A stretch of DNA of 14,780 nucleotides from Calditrichia bacterium (GCA_963796965.1 CAWCNS010000013.1:1-14780), one strand, 5' to 3'; counted from the first letter of the stretch, positions 1 to 8,146 are shown. The notes: generated from the letters alone by a model not told the origin. Program-made: numbers and translations.

Positions 1-86
1 CAGATCAGCAGCCCCACCGCGATCCTTCCGACTATACCATCAATGTTTCAGCGTATGCCTCAACGATCTCATCTTGGGTCATAAAC
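1..86. repeat. Diverged repeat element copy R1 (right-hand part only, cut by window start)
   Basis: Hand alignment to 1442-1527 gives about 58/86 identities (cagatca-gcagccccaccgcgatcc...gatctcatct vs cagtgcacgtagctccaacgccatcc...aatctcatct). Minus strand reads MTQDEIVEAYAETLMV*SEGSRW vs MTLDEIEESFAEMLTVQAYGWRW. Confidence 0.8.
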
Positions 87-212
87 CGAGACCGGGCATA
101 ATCAAAATAGATTTGGGTCATTACTGGTTCTATGTCCTGATATTACGGAAAAAATCTTAAAAGAGTTTAAGCTTTTGGAAAATTTGTAAGAAATTTTTAT
201 ATGAGATGAAGA

Positions 213-239
213 TAAAGTTTTTTTTAATCATGACGATAT
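213..239 (+). promoter_or_regulatory. Putative sigma-28 (FliA)-type promoter upstream of the PIN gene
   Basis: TAAAGTTT(213-220)-N11-GACGATAT(232-239) vs consensus TAAAGTTT-N11-GCCGATAA, 61 nt before ATG 301. Confidence 0.45.
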
Positions 240-300
240 ATATAGAAGGGCATCAATAAATTTTATTAACTGCTTAAGATATTAGGAAAATTTAATAACA

Positions 301-1276
301 ATGCTTATAAAAAAAATATTAAATATATTTGGTATCGAAAAAGGAAAAAAGATTACAAATTTTAAAAAGATATTAATTTTCTGCTGCCTTTATATTTTTT
401 CAATTGTTATTTTATCTATTATTATTGCTGTAAATAAAGTTTTGAACGAAATTCAAAAATTCTTCAGCGTCCCTGGTAATGTTGCAATTACCGTAATAGG
501 AATTTCAATATTTATTGGAATGCTTTTGGCTACTATTTTGAGAATTAAGAAAAAATCTGAACAGAAACGAAAAGCTCAATATGAAGAATTGATTAGATTA
601 GAGGAAGAAGATCGAATCAGAAAAGAAAAAGAAAGAGAATTTGAAAGAACAAGATTACAACAAGAAAAGATTGCTATTTTAAAAGCCGAAGAAGAAAAAA
701 GACAAAAAAATATTGCTTATGCGCAACATTTTTTAAAGTATATTTCTAACATACTGAATGATTACGTTATTATTGATTCAAATATATGGATGGGAAATGA
801 CTATGACAATTTTTTTGAGGTAATTAATGAAGCATGCTATAATTAAAACGTACTATTAATATTCATGGAGTGCAGTTTGATGAAATAGTAAACATAAAAG
901 AAAAAATACGAATTTGAAACGGTAAAGAGCAAAAAAGTAGATGTGCAGTAGGAAGAATAGAAAGATTACAAAAAGAAAATTTTCTTGAGATAAAACCGAT
1001 AACAATAGATGCTAAACAAAATGCTTATGCAGACCCAGTTTTAATTAAATGTCTATTAGATCAAGCTGAAAATGGAGTAAAAACGACCTTAATATCTAAC
1101 GATAAAGAATTATGTATTAGAGCGAGACAACTTCTTAAAGATGAGTCAGCAAAGAATTGGCAGCGTTGGACTTTGATAAGTTATTAAATGATTGCAAATT
1201 CTATATTAAAACCATGCGATATAATTTTGATATTAATTGCTTTAGTTCTAAGGTCGCATCGGAACTTCCAAACTGA
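301..1276 (+). CDS. Membrane-anchored PIN-domain ribonuclease (2 TM + coiled coil + PIN), frameshifted; 3' end uncertain (1187 or 1276)
   Basis: ORF 301-846 has two hydrophobic helices, an E/K/R coiled coil and YVIIDSNIWM (PIN strand-1 Asp). After a shift at ~843 it reads INIHGVQFDEIVNIK...RCAVGRIERLQK...NAYADPVLIKCL...TTLISNDKELCIRAR, supplying the remaining PIN acidic motifs. Confidence 0.75.
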
Positions 1277-1327
1277 TTATAATTATCTCGATGATTATAA
1301 TATTCTTTCTGATGGCTAAATACATCA

Positions 1328-1527
1328 GAATACGCAGGAGACTGCGTAAATGCGTTTTTCAAAATGAAAATTTTCACTGTAGGGGGTGCGAGGTTCTGAA
1401 GAAAAAATACCGGTTCTCTTTGGACATCATTTCCGGTTCTGCAGTGCACGTAGCTCCAACGCCATCCATATGCCTGTACCGTTAACATTTCCGCGAAGGA
1501 CTCTTCAATCTCATCTAATGTCAAAAT
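1328..1527. repeat. Diverged repeat element copy R2 (most complete; open on minus strand as ORF 1201-1524)
   Basis: Left part aligns to 3078-3197 (about 81/121 by hand) and right part to 1-86. Contains perfect hairpin tacgcag-GAGA-ctgcgta (1331-1348). Confidence 0.8.
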
Positions 1528-1810
1528 AAAGGACTCATCTCAAAGCAATAACGTGTTTAATTTTATGATTTAATTTACAATAACCCTATGCAACATTTCC
1601 AGCGCGAGAGTAAAAAAATGCTTTTGAAACTGGAAAAACAGCCGAAAAGCCTATAGGGGAAATAGCATGTAAGGATGCTCCTATGTAACTTAAAGGAATA
1701 ACAAATATTTTAAAAGGGTAGTAGGCAACACAAATCTTATGAGAGGTAGAAAATAATTCGCGAGGAAATATTCGACAGAAAAAAACATCGTAAAATGCAA
1801 GGATTTTAAA

Positions 1811-3042
1811 ATGAATGAAGGTAGTCTTAAAGACTTGGTTGACTTGGTTTTTAAAAAGCATTGATGCGTTGCCAAACCCAACAAGAGAATTGGTCCGAAA
1901 AGAGTTTATCAAAATAAAGGAGATGATTTTGGAGAACCGTTCCCCACGGATAATGATTGTCGGTCGTCGAGGTGCTGGCAAGTCTTCTTTAATAAATGCT
2001 ATATTCCAAGAAAGAGTTGCTGATGTAGGCTCAGTCCTTTCCGAGACAGGAAAAGCTATATGGCATAATTTTGAGAATAAAAAAGGAACAATACGAATTC
2101 TTGACACTCGTGGCATTGGGGACAGGACCGAGCCAGAATCATCTAACTTTGAAAATGCCATTGATGAGATTAAAAATGAAGTAGAAAAAGAGTGCCCAGA
2201 CGCCATTCTTTTTTATGTAAAGCCAAGGAAGTGGATGCACATATTTCAGAAGATATTAAAAATGTTGCTTTGATTCGTCAATTTGTACACGAAAAACACA
2301 GTTATGATCTTCCTTTAGCCGCTATTGTTACCCAAATAGATGAACTTGATCCGAAGCGTGTTGAGCCACCATACGAAAACGATCAAAAACAACAAAATAT
2401 TAAAGCCGCGATAGATGCCATTAAGCAAGTCTTAGAAAAATCAGAAATTGATTTGTTAAAAGTTATACCTGTGTCTACCTATGCGGGAGTACTCTGAATG
2501 GAGAAAAAATATACGACAATTTCTATAATATTGATTTACTTATAGAATATTTAATAGAAATTTTACCAAATACAGCACAGCTGCAGTTGGCAAGGCTTTC
2601 CGCATTGAAAAAGGTTCAAAGAAAATTTGCCAAGGTTCTAATTACATCAACCGCCACTGTATGTTCTGGCATTGCTGCAACTGCTAATTCCTGTAGCCGA
2701 TGTGATTCCCATAACAAGTGCGCAAATAGCTATGATTGTTGGGATAGCTTACATTTCTGGAAGAGAACTAACAAAAAGAAGCGCCTTGGAAGTTTCGATC
2801 CTGCTCTTGGTGTTAATGTTGGGGCAAGTTTCGCTATCAGAGAGGGAGCAAGGGCTATAGCTGAACTCTTTCCAGGTGCTGGAAATGCAGTTTCTGCTTC
2901 TATAGCTTTTGCAGGAACATGGGGAATCGGCGTGGCGGCTATGGCTTATTTCATTGATGGGGCTACAATTGAAGAAGTTAAATTTCAATTTGAAGAAGGA
3001 AAAAAAGAATACAATGGTAAGAAACAATTAGCGAATAACTAA
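1811..3042 (+). CDS. Era/MMR_HSR1-like P-loop GTPase fused to C-terminal DUF697/YcjF-like membrane domain, frameshifted
   Basis: RBS aagga then ATG 1811 (MNEGSLKDLVDLV...). G1 GRRGAGKSS, G3 DTRG, G4-like TQID. C-terminus IPVADVIPITSAQIAMIVGIA...FPGAGNAVSASIAFAGTWGIG is typical of DUF697. Pieces are spread over ORFs 1815, 2192, 2587 and 2672. Confidence 0.8.
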
Positions 3043-3077
3043 CACTTAGAGATCAAAAATATTTATAAATTGTCCAT

Positions 3078-3197
3078 GAATACGCAGTTAACTGCACATA
3101 AAAGTTTCTTTTCAAATCCAAATTTCTAATTGTAGGAACCGTATCGTTTTAGAGAAAAAACCCTCGTTCTATTCGGGTATTATTTGCATTCTGCAGT
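3078..3197. repeat. Diverged repeat element copy R3
   Basis: Blocks gaatacgcag..actgc..ttttcaaa..tgtagg..agaaaaaa..gttct..ttctgcagt are shared in order with 1328-1446. The stem gcag/ctgc is kept with a different loop (ttaa). Confidence 0.8.
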
Positions 3198-3318
3198 TTA
3201 CCACGGAATGTCTACAACATTCTTTTGAACTTTAGCGACTGTCCATTAATAACAGTTCCCACCGATAGAACAACATAAGAACCCAGGATAATGCGTAATA
3301 TCGTTAATGAATATAAAA

Positions 3319-3579
3319 TTAAAGAAATTTCCATTCTTGTCGATAGTACAAATAGGATTTATTAGATTTTTTATTAAATTTTAAATAAGGAGGGACCAAA
3401 TTATGCCAAGATGTCCAAGCTGTGGAAGATCTGACTATGTAGTAAAAGATGGTATCTGTATGATATTGTGAAAGCTCAGATGGACCATTTGTATTGTCAC
3501 CAGCCAGCTTTAATTTCAATTCTTTTAACTTTCCTTCTTCTCCACTCACTATTAATTGATTTCTATATGCAATTGCCAT
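3319..3579 (-). CDS. Hypothetical protein (N-terminus weakly like DUF1281/YubB-type phage proteins; 3' half doubtful)
   Basis: Strong RBS agaggag before ATG 3579; NQLIVSGEEGKLKELK pattern. Confidence 0.45.
   Translation of the reverse strand: MAIAYRNQLIVSGEEGKLKELKLKLAGDNTNGPSELSQYHTDTIFYYIVRSSTAWTSWHNLVPPYLKFNKKSNKSYLYYRQEWKFL
3403..3471 (+). pseudogene. Short or truncated Zn-ribbon ORF MPRCPSCGRSDYVVKDGICM(YC)
   Basis: RBS AAGGAGGG at 3387-3394, ATG 3403, CPxCG. Removing one A at ~3463 gives a second CxxC (CMYC). Not in the ORF track. Confidence 0.45.
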
Positions 3580-3668
3580 TTTTTTCTCCTCTTTGTATTT
3601 TTATTAATCTCGTCTTATATTTGCGCGCCATAAAGACGCGCACTTATAAGTTACGATTGTTCCTTATT

Positions 3669-4358
3669 CTAAATGTGTTTAAATAATCTCTCAAAATACT
3701 CGTCTTCATCTAATATTGCACAGTCTCTGCATTCTCGACTACTACCGATGCAGCCATATGCATATACAGCGTTAAGGTATTGTTGCCCCTTTTCTTTTCC
3801 GTATATTTTAATCATCCAACCCTCTGGATCCTCACCTGCGTGTCCTTCTTCTTCCATTATTTTTTCAACATGTTTAAAGGCCTTTTCAGCTTGTTCATTA
3901 TATGGGAAAGTCCGTCTCCATTTCTTCACCAATAACGCACCATCAAAGTTACCGACTAAAGGATCGCCGGCTTTACCAAAAGGCGTCAATTCGTTAATGT
4001 GCCTTCCACAGCAATCACACCAGCGATCTTCAAGCGATGGGTTTAAATTAATATTTGTTTTGCCTTCAATTTCCTTTTCTTTTGTAGTAGTTTCAAAATT
4101 TTCAATATCATCGTTATCAATAAGTTTGGTTTTCATATTATCTTCTTCCATCGCTTCCTGGTATTCAATGTTGCTAATAGTTTCATGTTCAAAAAAGTCA
4201 TCATAGTTTGTTGTTATCCTAACCCATTCACTTAAATTCTGATCACTATCTCTATCCACAATATATTCCTCCTTTTCATTTCTAAAGTTTTCTTCATCCT
4301 TCTCTATTCCTTCGCTATCATGTAAATTGGCCATCATTTCTTTTTCTGTTTTGGTCAT
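3669..4358 (-). CDS. Hypothetical protein, acidic N-terminus plus Cys motifs (CDCCGR ... ECRDC), probable Zn-binding
   Basis: 229-aa intact ORF with RBS aaggag and motifs WCDCCGRHINEL and SRECRDC. Confidence 0.75.
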   Translation of the reverse strand: MTKTEKEMMANLHDSEGIEKDEENFRNEKEEYIVDRDSDQNLSEWVRITTNYDDFFEHETISNIEYQEAMEEDNMKTKLIDNDDIENFETTTKEKEIEGKTNINLNPSLEDRWCDCCGRHINELTPFGKAGDPLVGNFDGALLVKKWRRTFPYNEQAEKAFKHVEKIMEEEGHAGEDPEGWMIKIYGKEKGQQYLNAVYAYGCIGSSRECRDCAILDEDEYFERLFKHI

Positions 4359-4504
4359 ATATCTTTCTCCTTACCTGCTTGGGTTACAGGATTTAGTTTT
4401 TAATCCCAATTTGTTATTCTTTTATTAGTCCTTCAAAACTCTCCATGCCAGGTCTTAATCCCCTTCCTGGGACACCGATATCTATACGTTTGTATATCTA
4501 CCAG

Positions 4505-4717
4505 TTACTTATAAGTGTTGATTATATACTTTAATCCGGAATAAATTTTTTGTATATTTTCCAGGAAAAGTCTAAGGTCGCTTATATACCTTCCGCAGCA
4601 ATCACAGCGGCCAACTACCGGCGGAGGTGGGTTTATATTGATCCTATCCTTTTTTTTTAAAACGTTTTTACCAGAAGAACATCCTAAACATACAACATTC
4701 TTGCTTTTATTTATCAT
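4505..4717 (-). pseudogene. Truncated paralogue of 3669-4358 (ININPP..RCDCCGRYISDL)
   Basis: RBS aaggagg. Shares the NINxNP/CDCCGR motif, then runs into the 49-bp repeat at 4568. Confidence 0.55.
4521..4568. repeat. 49-bp direct repeat copy X
   Basis: attatatactttaatccggaataaattttttgtatatttt-ccaggaaa; 43/49 identical to 4787-4835. Confidence 0.9.
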
Positions 4718-4786
4718 TTTTTTCCTCCTTTTAATTTTATTGATATCTATACTTTTGTATTTCTAACGACTATATATAAAAATCTA

Positions 4787-4835
4787 ATTATATACTTTAC
4801 TCAGGAATGAATTTTTTGTATACTTCCCCAGGAAA
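4787..4835. repeat. 49-bp direct repeat copy Y
   Basis: attatatactttactcaggaatgaattttttgtatacttccccaggaaa; ends 11 nt before ATG 4847. Confidence 0.9.
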
Positions 4836-4846
4836 GATGAATAACG

Positions 4847-5777
4847 ATGAGTGATGATCTATATTATTTTACCAAGCCTTCAATGAACGATTTCCAAATA
4901 GAGAGACATGTCTCCAGCATTTGGTAAGAGTCCGCTGGCCGGAAGGCTTTGTTTGCCCTCGCTGTGCAGAACCGCGTGGATATTTCTTGGGGGATAGAGA
5001 TTTATATGAATGTGTTGCGTGTCGATTTCAGGCCAGCGCGACATCTGGAACGCTTTTTCATAATTCACATGTCGATTTGCTTAAATGGTATTGGTTTATA
5101 TTTCACTTAGTCGTACAAAGGGAAAGATATTCTATAAGATATATTCAAGAAAATTTCTTGTTCCTCACATATAAAACAGCATGGTCGATGGCTCAAAAAG
5201 TTAATCACTATAATATCAAGAATTGATGAACAATCGGAGATTTCGGGTTTTATTAAATTAAAGATGGAAAACTCACCGAACCAGGCGCCAACTATTGATA
5301 ATGAATTTACCCAAGGATTTGAGCTTTTGTTTTTGTTGGTTTCCTGTTTTGCCGGGAACAATCAACCTCAAGAATATTTTATAAATATGGCTATAATCTC
5401 GAATTCATACGAAGATTCCATAAAATGGATATTAGACAAAATCGGAAATGACATAGAAATTGAGAGAGAATAGATACTTCAATATAATATTGGACGAAGT
5501 AGAGTCTAATGGCTGGAATCAAGTCGCTGACAACCGTATAATTGAAGGATACTCATTTTCAGATATATCCATTTGTAATCTTAAAGATGATATTGATCAC
5601 TTGAGCATTATAGAAACAATATTCAATTCATTTGAACGTATTTTATCACATCGCGAAATAAGAATAACTGGAAGAGACAGTGATCATTTCTTCACATCCC
5701 TTGCGGATCAGTTTAATTTCGATATGTTTAATATGAAGGTTTTCGACCAAGTAATTAGAGAATCAATTCCCAGATGA
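4847..5777 (+). mobile_element. IS1595-family transposase derivative: clear Zn-ribbon/HTH N-terminus, degenerate DDE region, frameshifted
   Basis: F.ERFPNRETCLQHLVRVRWPEGFVCPRC...YECVACRFQASATSGTLFH..H..L.KW...YKTAWSM is Zn_Tnp_IS1595-like. ORFs 5264 and 5460 continue it in shifted frames to ~310 aa total. Confidence 0.75.
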
Positions 5778-5834
5778 TTTGCTTTGTAGTTATGAACATA
5801 TTTTGATTCAATTCGAAACCTTATTATCAAAGTT

Positions 5835-6076
5835 TTAATACTGTCCAACAAGAGTGACTCTTACCAATGGTGTGTGATCTACTTTAATATCGATATTGAA
5901 TAGATCCACCTCTAATTCACTTAGATAGATATCAATCAACAACATTCTTCTCTCTCATTTGTTATAATACCATAGCGAACATTAAGAACATTTAGCTCAC
6001 CACCACCGGCGTAATCTCCATACCGCCAATGTACACATATTGGTTTCTGATCCAAAATTATTTATTTCTTAGGCAT
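5835..6076 (-). CDS. Small hypothetical protein (interrupted)
   Basis: Manual translation MPKK*IILDQKPICVHWRYGDYAGGGELNVLNVRYGIITNE / LIDIYLSELEVDLFNIDIKVDHTPLVRVTLVGQY*; protein-like composition. Confidence 0.4.
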
Positions 6077-6173
6077 TCCTATTCTTATAATCCAGGTTTT
6101 CTGTTTATTTTGATTAAAAAATATAAATACCTTTAGATATACATTGAATAAAACTAACAAGGAGGATTTATAC

Positions 6174-6323
6174 ATGAATAAATTAAACAAACTTTACAGC
6201 TTCCATATTAGTGATATGGAAAAGAAAGCAATCAATGTGATACGAGAAAACGATATCAACGTTAGTAGGTTTTTAAGGTTTTCATTGAGAAGTTTACATA
6301 AGCTTATTCTAAAAAAAACATAA
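6174..6323 (+). CDS. 49-aa ribbon-helix-helix (CopG/CcdA-like) DNA-binding protein
   Basis: RBS aaggagg. MNKLNKLYSFHISDMEKKAINVIRENDINVSRFLRFSLRSLHKLILKKT has an alternating beta strand, a helix, and an INVSxFLR turn-helix. Below the ORF-track cutoff. Confidence 0.65.
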   Translation: MNKLNKLYSFHISDMEKKAINVIRENDINVSRFLRFSLRSLHKLILKKT

Positions 6324-6404
6324 GGGCGACACTGATTTTTGTTTTGTTCGGATTAAAAACAAAGACGATTTAAAGAAATACTCATTCTTAATGGAGGATA
6401 TAAA

Positions 6405-6867
6405 ATGAAAGAACTAAGAGTGCCTAAGAAGAAGTTAATGAAAAAGATGTATAATTTGATATTAGACAATCAGGCTGAAGAAATAAAATTATTACTATTT
6501 AAGAAAGGCCAATCTATACCTTCTCTATATTACGATATGAGTTCACTTCTAGAATGAAAATAAAGTTTATATATCCAAAGCAACATTTAAAAATCTGTTG
6601 ATGGACTCACGTAACCAGAATTATGATTGGGAAACAAGATTAAAGGTTATCAATTTAATATTAGAATACCTTAATCCAGGGAATATTGAAGCGGCATATG
6701 AAATGGTGAAGCAGGAAAGAAATAAGAAAGTTAGAGCGATCATGGAAGTTTTAAAAGGTGATTATAAAGATAAGAAAGAATATTTACCCTTAGAGACTCT
6801 TATGCATGAGTATGAAAGTCTGCCAGAAGATATGAAGACATATTGGGAGAGTTGGAGAGACAATTAA
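6405..6867 (+). CDS. Hypothetical protein, possible XRE-like HTH regulator, frameshifted near 6555
   Basis: RBS ggagg, ATG 6405. KKGQSIPSLYYDM..../VYISKATFKNLLMDSRNQNYDWETRLKVINLI resembles an HTH and joins ORF 6598-6867. Confidence 0.5.
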
Positions 6868-6871
6868 AATG

Positions 6872-6955
6872 TAGTCTATAGACTAATATAGTTAAATCAG
6901 TAGGTTAAAAAATCAGTGCCAAATATTAGTGAAAAATAGTCTATAGACTAATATA
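6872..6955. repeat. Two identical 19-bp sites containing the 14-bp palindrome TAGTCTATAGACTA
   Basis: tagtctatagactaatata at 6872-6890 and 6937-6955. Confidence 0.9.
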
Positions 6956-6994
6956 AGTAATAGTAGAGAGAATAAAATCTTTTTACAATAAAGC

Positions 6995-7182
6995 TTTTAA
7001 CGTTTGAAACGTTAAAATATAGAGCTTTAAAATTAAACTTTAAAACAAATAATTAAAACAAATATTTCACTTCGGAAAAGCAAGCGAAAGCTTGCTTTGG
7101 AGAAGTAATCACGAAGTGATTGAACGTTTTATTGCTACGCAATAATCAAATCGCGAATGAGCAAGCTCATCCTCAATTTGAT
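6995..7182. other. Cluster of short inverted repeats/mini-hairpins in AT-rich non-coding DNA (origin-like or structured RNA)
   Basis: ttttaacgttt-g-aaacgttaaaa (6995-7017); aaagcaagc-gaaa-gcttgcttt (7077-7098); aatcac-gaa-gtgatt (7107-7121); ttattgc-tac-gcaataa (7129-7145); atgagc-aa-gctcat (7157-7170) inside atcaaat/atttgat. Confidence 0.75.
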
Positions 7183-7336
7183 GAAAATTTAATTTAAAAT
7201 TTATAATATACTTTAACAATATTCAAATACTAGATTTTATTTGCACAGTTATATCCTAAATTTGAACTTTAAATTTAATGATAATTTTCGCAATGTAAAT
7301 CTAAATAAACATGACCAATAACACTAAGGAGAATAT

Positions 7337-7763
7337 ATGAAAAAATACTTATTTACTTTTAATGGCACAGTTGTTTTAAATGCGAAAAATTATGATGAAG
7401 CAGAAAATCTTATTGAAGACTTAAAGATGGACGATTATGTAATTGATGAGAAAATTTTCGAGACCGATGAATATTGCTATTTCGCCTGAGATAAAGATGA
7501 AAGAGAATCACAAATAGGAACATATCACCATCCAATAGATAACCCGAATGAATTTGAACTGTTCAAAATTCGACAATGTAATTACATATTCAATCTTTAA
7601 GACTTTCTTAAATGGTGTGATAGACAAGCAAGAGCTTATTGAAAAAATATCCAATGTCGATGATAGAGAGATTCCTGATGATTGTGACCTGTTCGCATCA
7701 TTAAAAATGATAGAAATGGATACAAAGACACTGAAAACAGTACGGCTATTAACGGTCGATTAA
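7337..7763 (+). CDS. Hypothetical phage/MGE-type protein, frameshifted
   Basis: RBS aaggag. MKKYLFTFNGTVVLNAKNYDEAENLIED... (7337-7489) continues in other frames into ORF 7548-7763. Confidence 0.55.
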
Positions 7764-7798
7764 CAATCCAGGTTTTCAGTAGACCATTTCCAGTAACG

Positions 7799-7830
7799 AA
7801 AAAAGGCAGAGCCCCGTTAGAGGCTCTGCC
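7799..7830 (-). terminator. Rho-independent terminator
   Basis: ggcagagcc/ggctctgcc 9-bp stem followed by T6 on the minus strand. Confidence 0.75.
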
Positions 7831-7900
7831 GTGTACCGCCATATCAGCGGATTTTAATTTTGTTGCCTAATATTTCGAAGCTCTGCCGTTAATCATGCCC

Positions 7901-7993
7901 TTAAATCTTGCAGGTGGCTCCTGATGTCCGGCCGGCTATACACTTGTTGATGAAGTATCCCAGCGTAATCAGAGTAATTGCAGTTCCTATCAT
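7901..7993 (-). CDS. 30-aa hydrophobic small peptide
   Basis: RBS aaagga; MIGTAITLITLGYFINKCIAGRTSGATCKI*. Confidence 0.4.
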   Translation of the reverse strand: MIGTAITLITLGYFINKCIAGRTSGATCKI

Positions 7994-8011
7994 AGGGCAC
8001 CGTCCTTTCAG

Positions 8012-8146
8012 TTATCCCGCGACATCGATTCCCATGTCACATCCCAGGTTCTCATCTTTCTTTTCACACTCGAAATTGGCTTCGCGGGTATCAACGTGTC
8101 CTTCGTTCTTGTCTTCAGTGTAATCCTGCACTTTATTTTCGGCCAT
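8012..8146 (-). CDS. 44-aa acidic small protein with two Cys
   Basis: RBS gaggtg after a CA-rich leader; MAENKVQDYTEDKNEGHVDTREANFECEKKDENLGCDMGIDVAG*. Confidence 0.6.
   Translation of the reverse strand: MAENKVQDYTEDKNEGHVDTREANFECEKKDENLGCDMGIDVAG

Noticed and set aside
1586..2206. 206-aa minus-strand ORF and other antisense ORFs (2749-3027, 3673-4206, 7908-8123, 10548-10967, 11231-11659, 11847-12254)
   Set aside because: Shadows opposite motif-bearing genes, with no RBS or recognisable motifs.
3036..3100. Integron attC site after the GTPase stop (TAAC)
   Set aside because: No matching GTTRRRY box or long attC-like palindrome at a suitable distance, and no integrase in the window.
4521..4835. 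XerCD dif/pdif sites
   Set aside because: Lacks the 11-6-11 layout and TTATGTTAAAT-like XerD arm.
6872..6955. CRISPR mini-array
   Set aside because: Only two 19-bp repeats, too short for CRISPR repeats, and no cas genes.
6089..7777. 13-bp direct repeat aatccaggttttc (6089-6101, 7765-7777) as att/TSD
   Set aside because: One such match is about chance expectation in 15 kb. It is notable only because the second copy is at the GC boundary.
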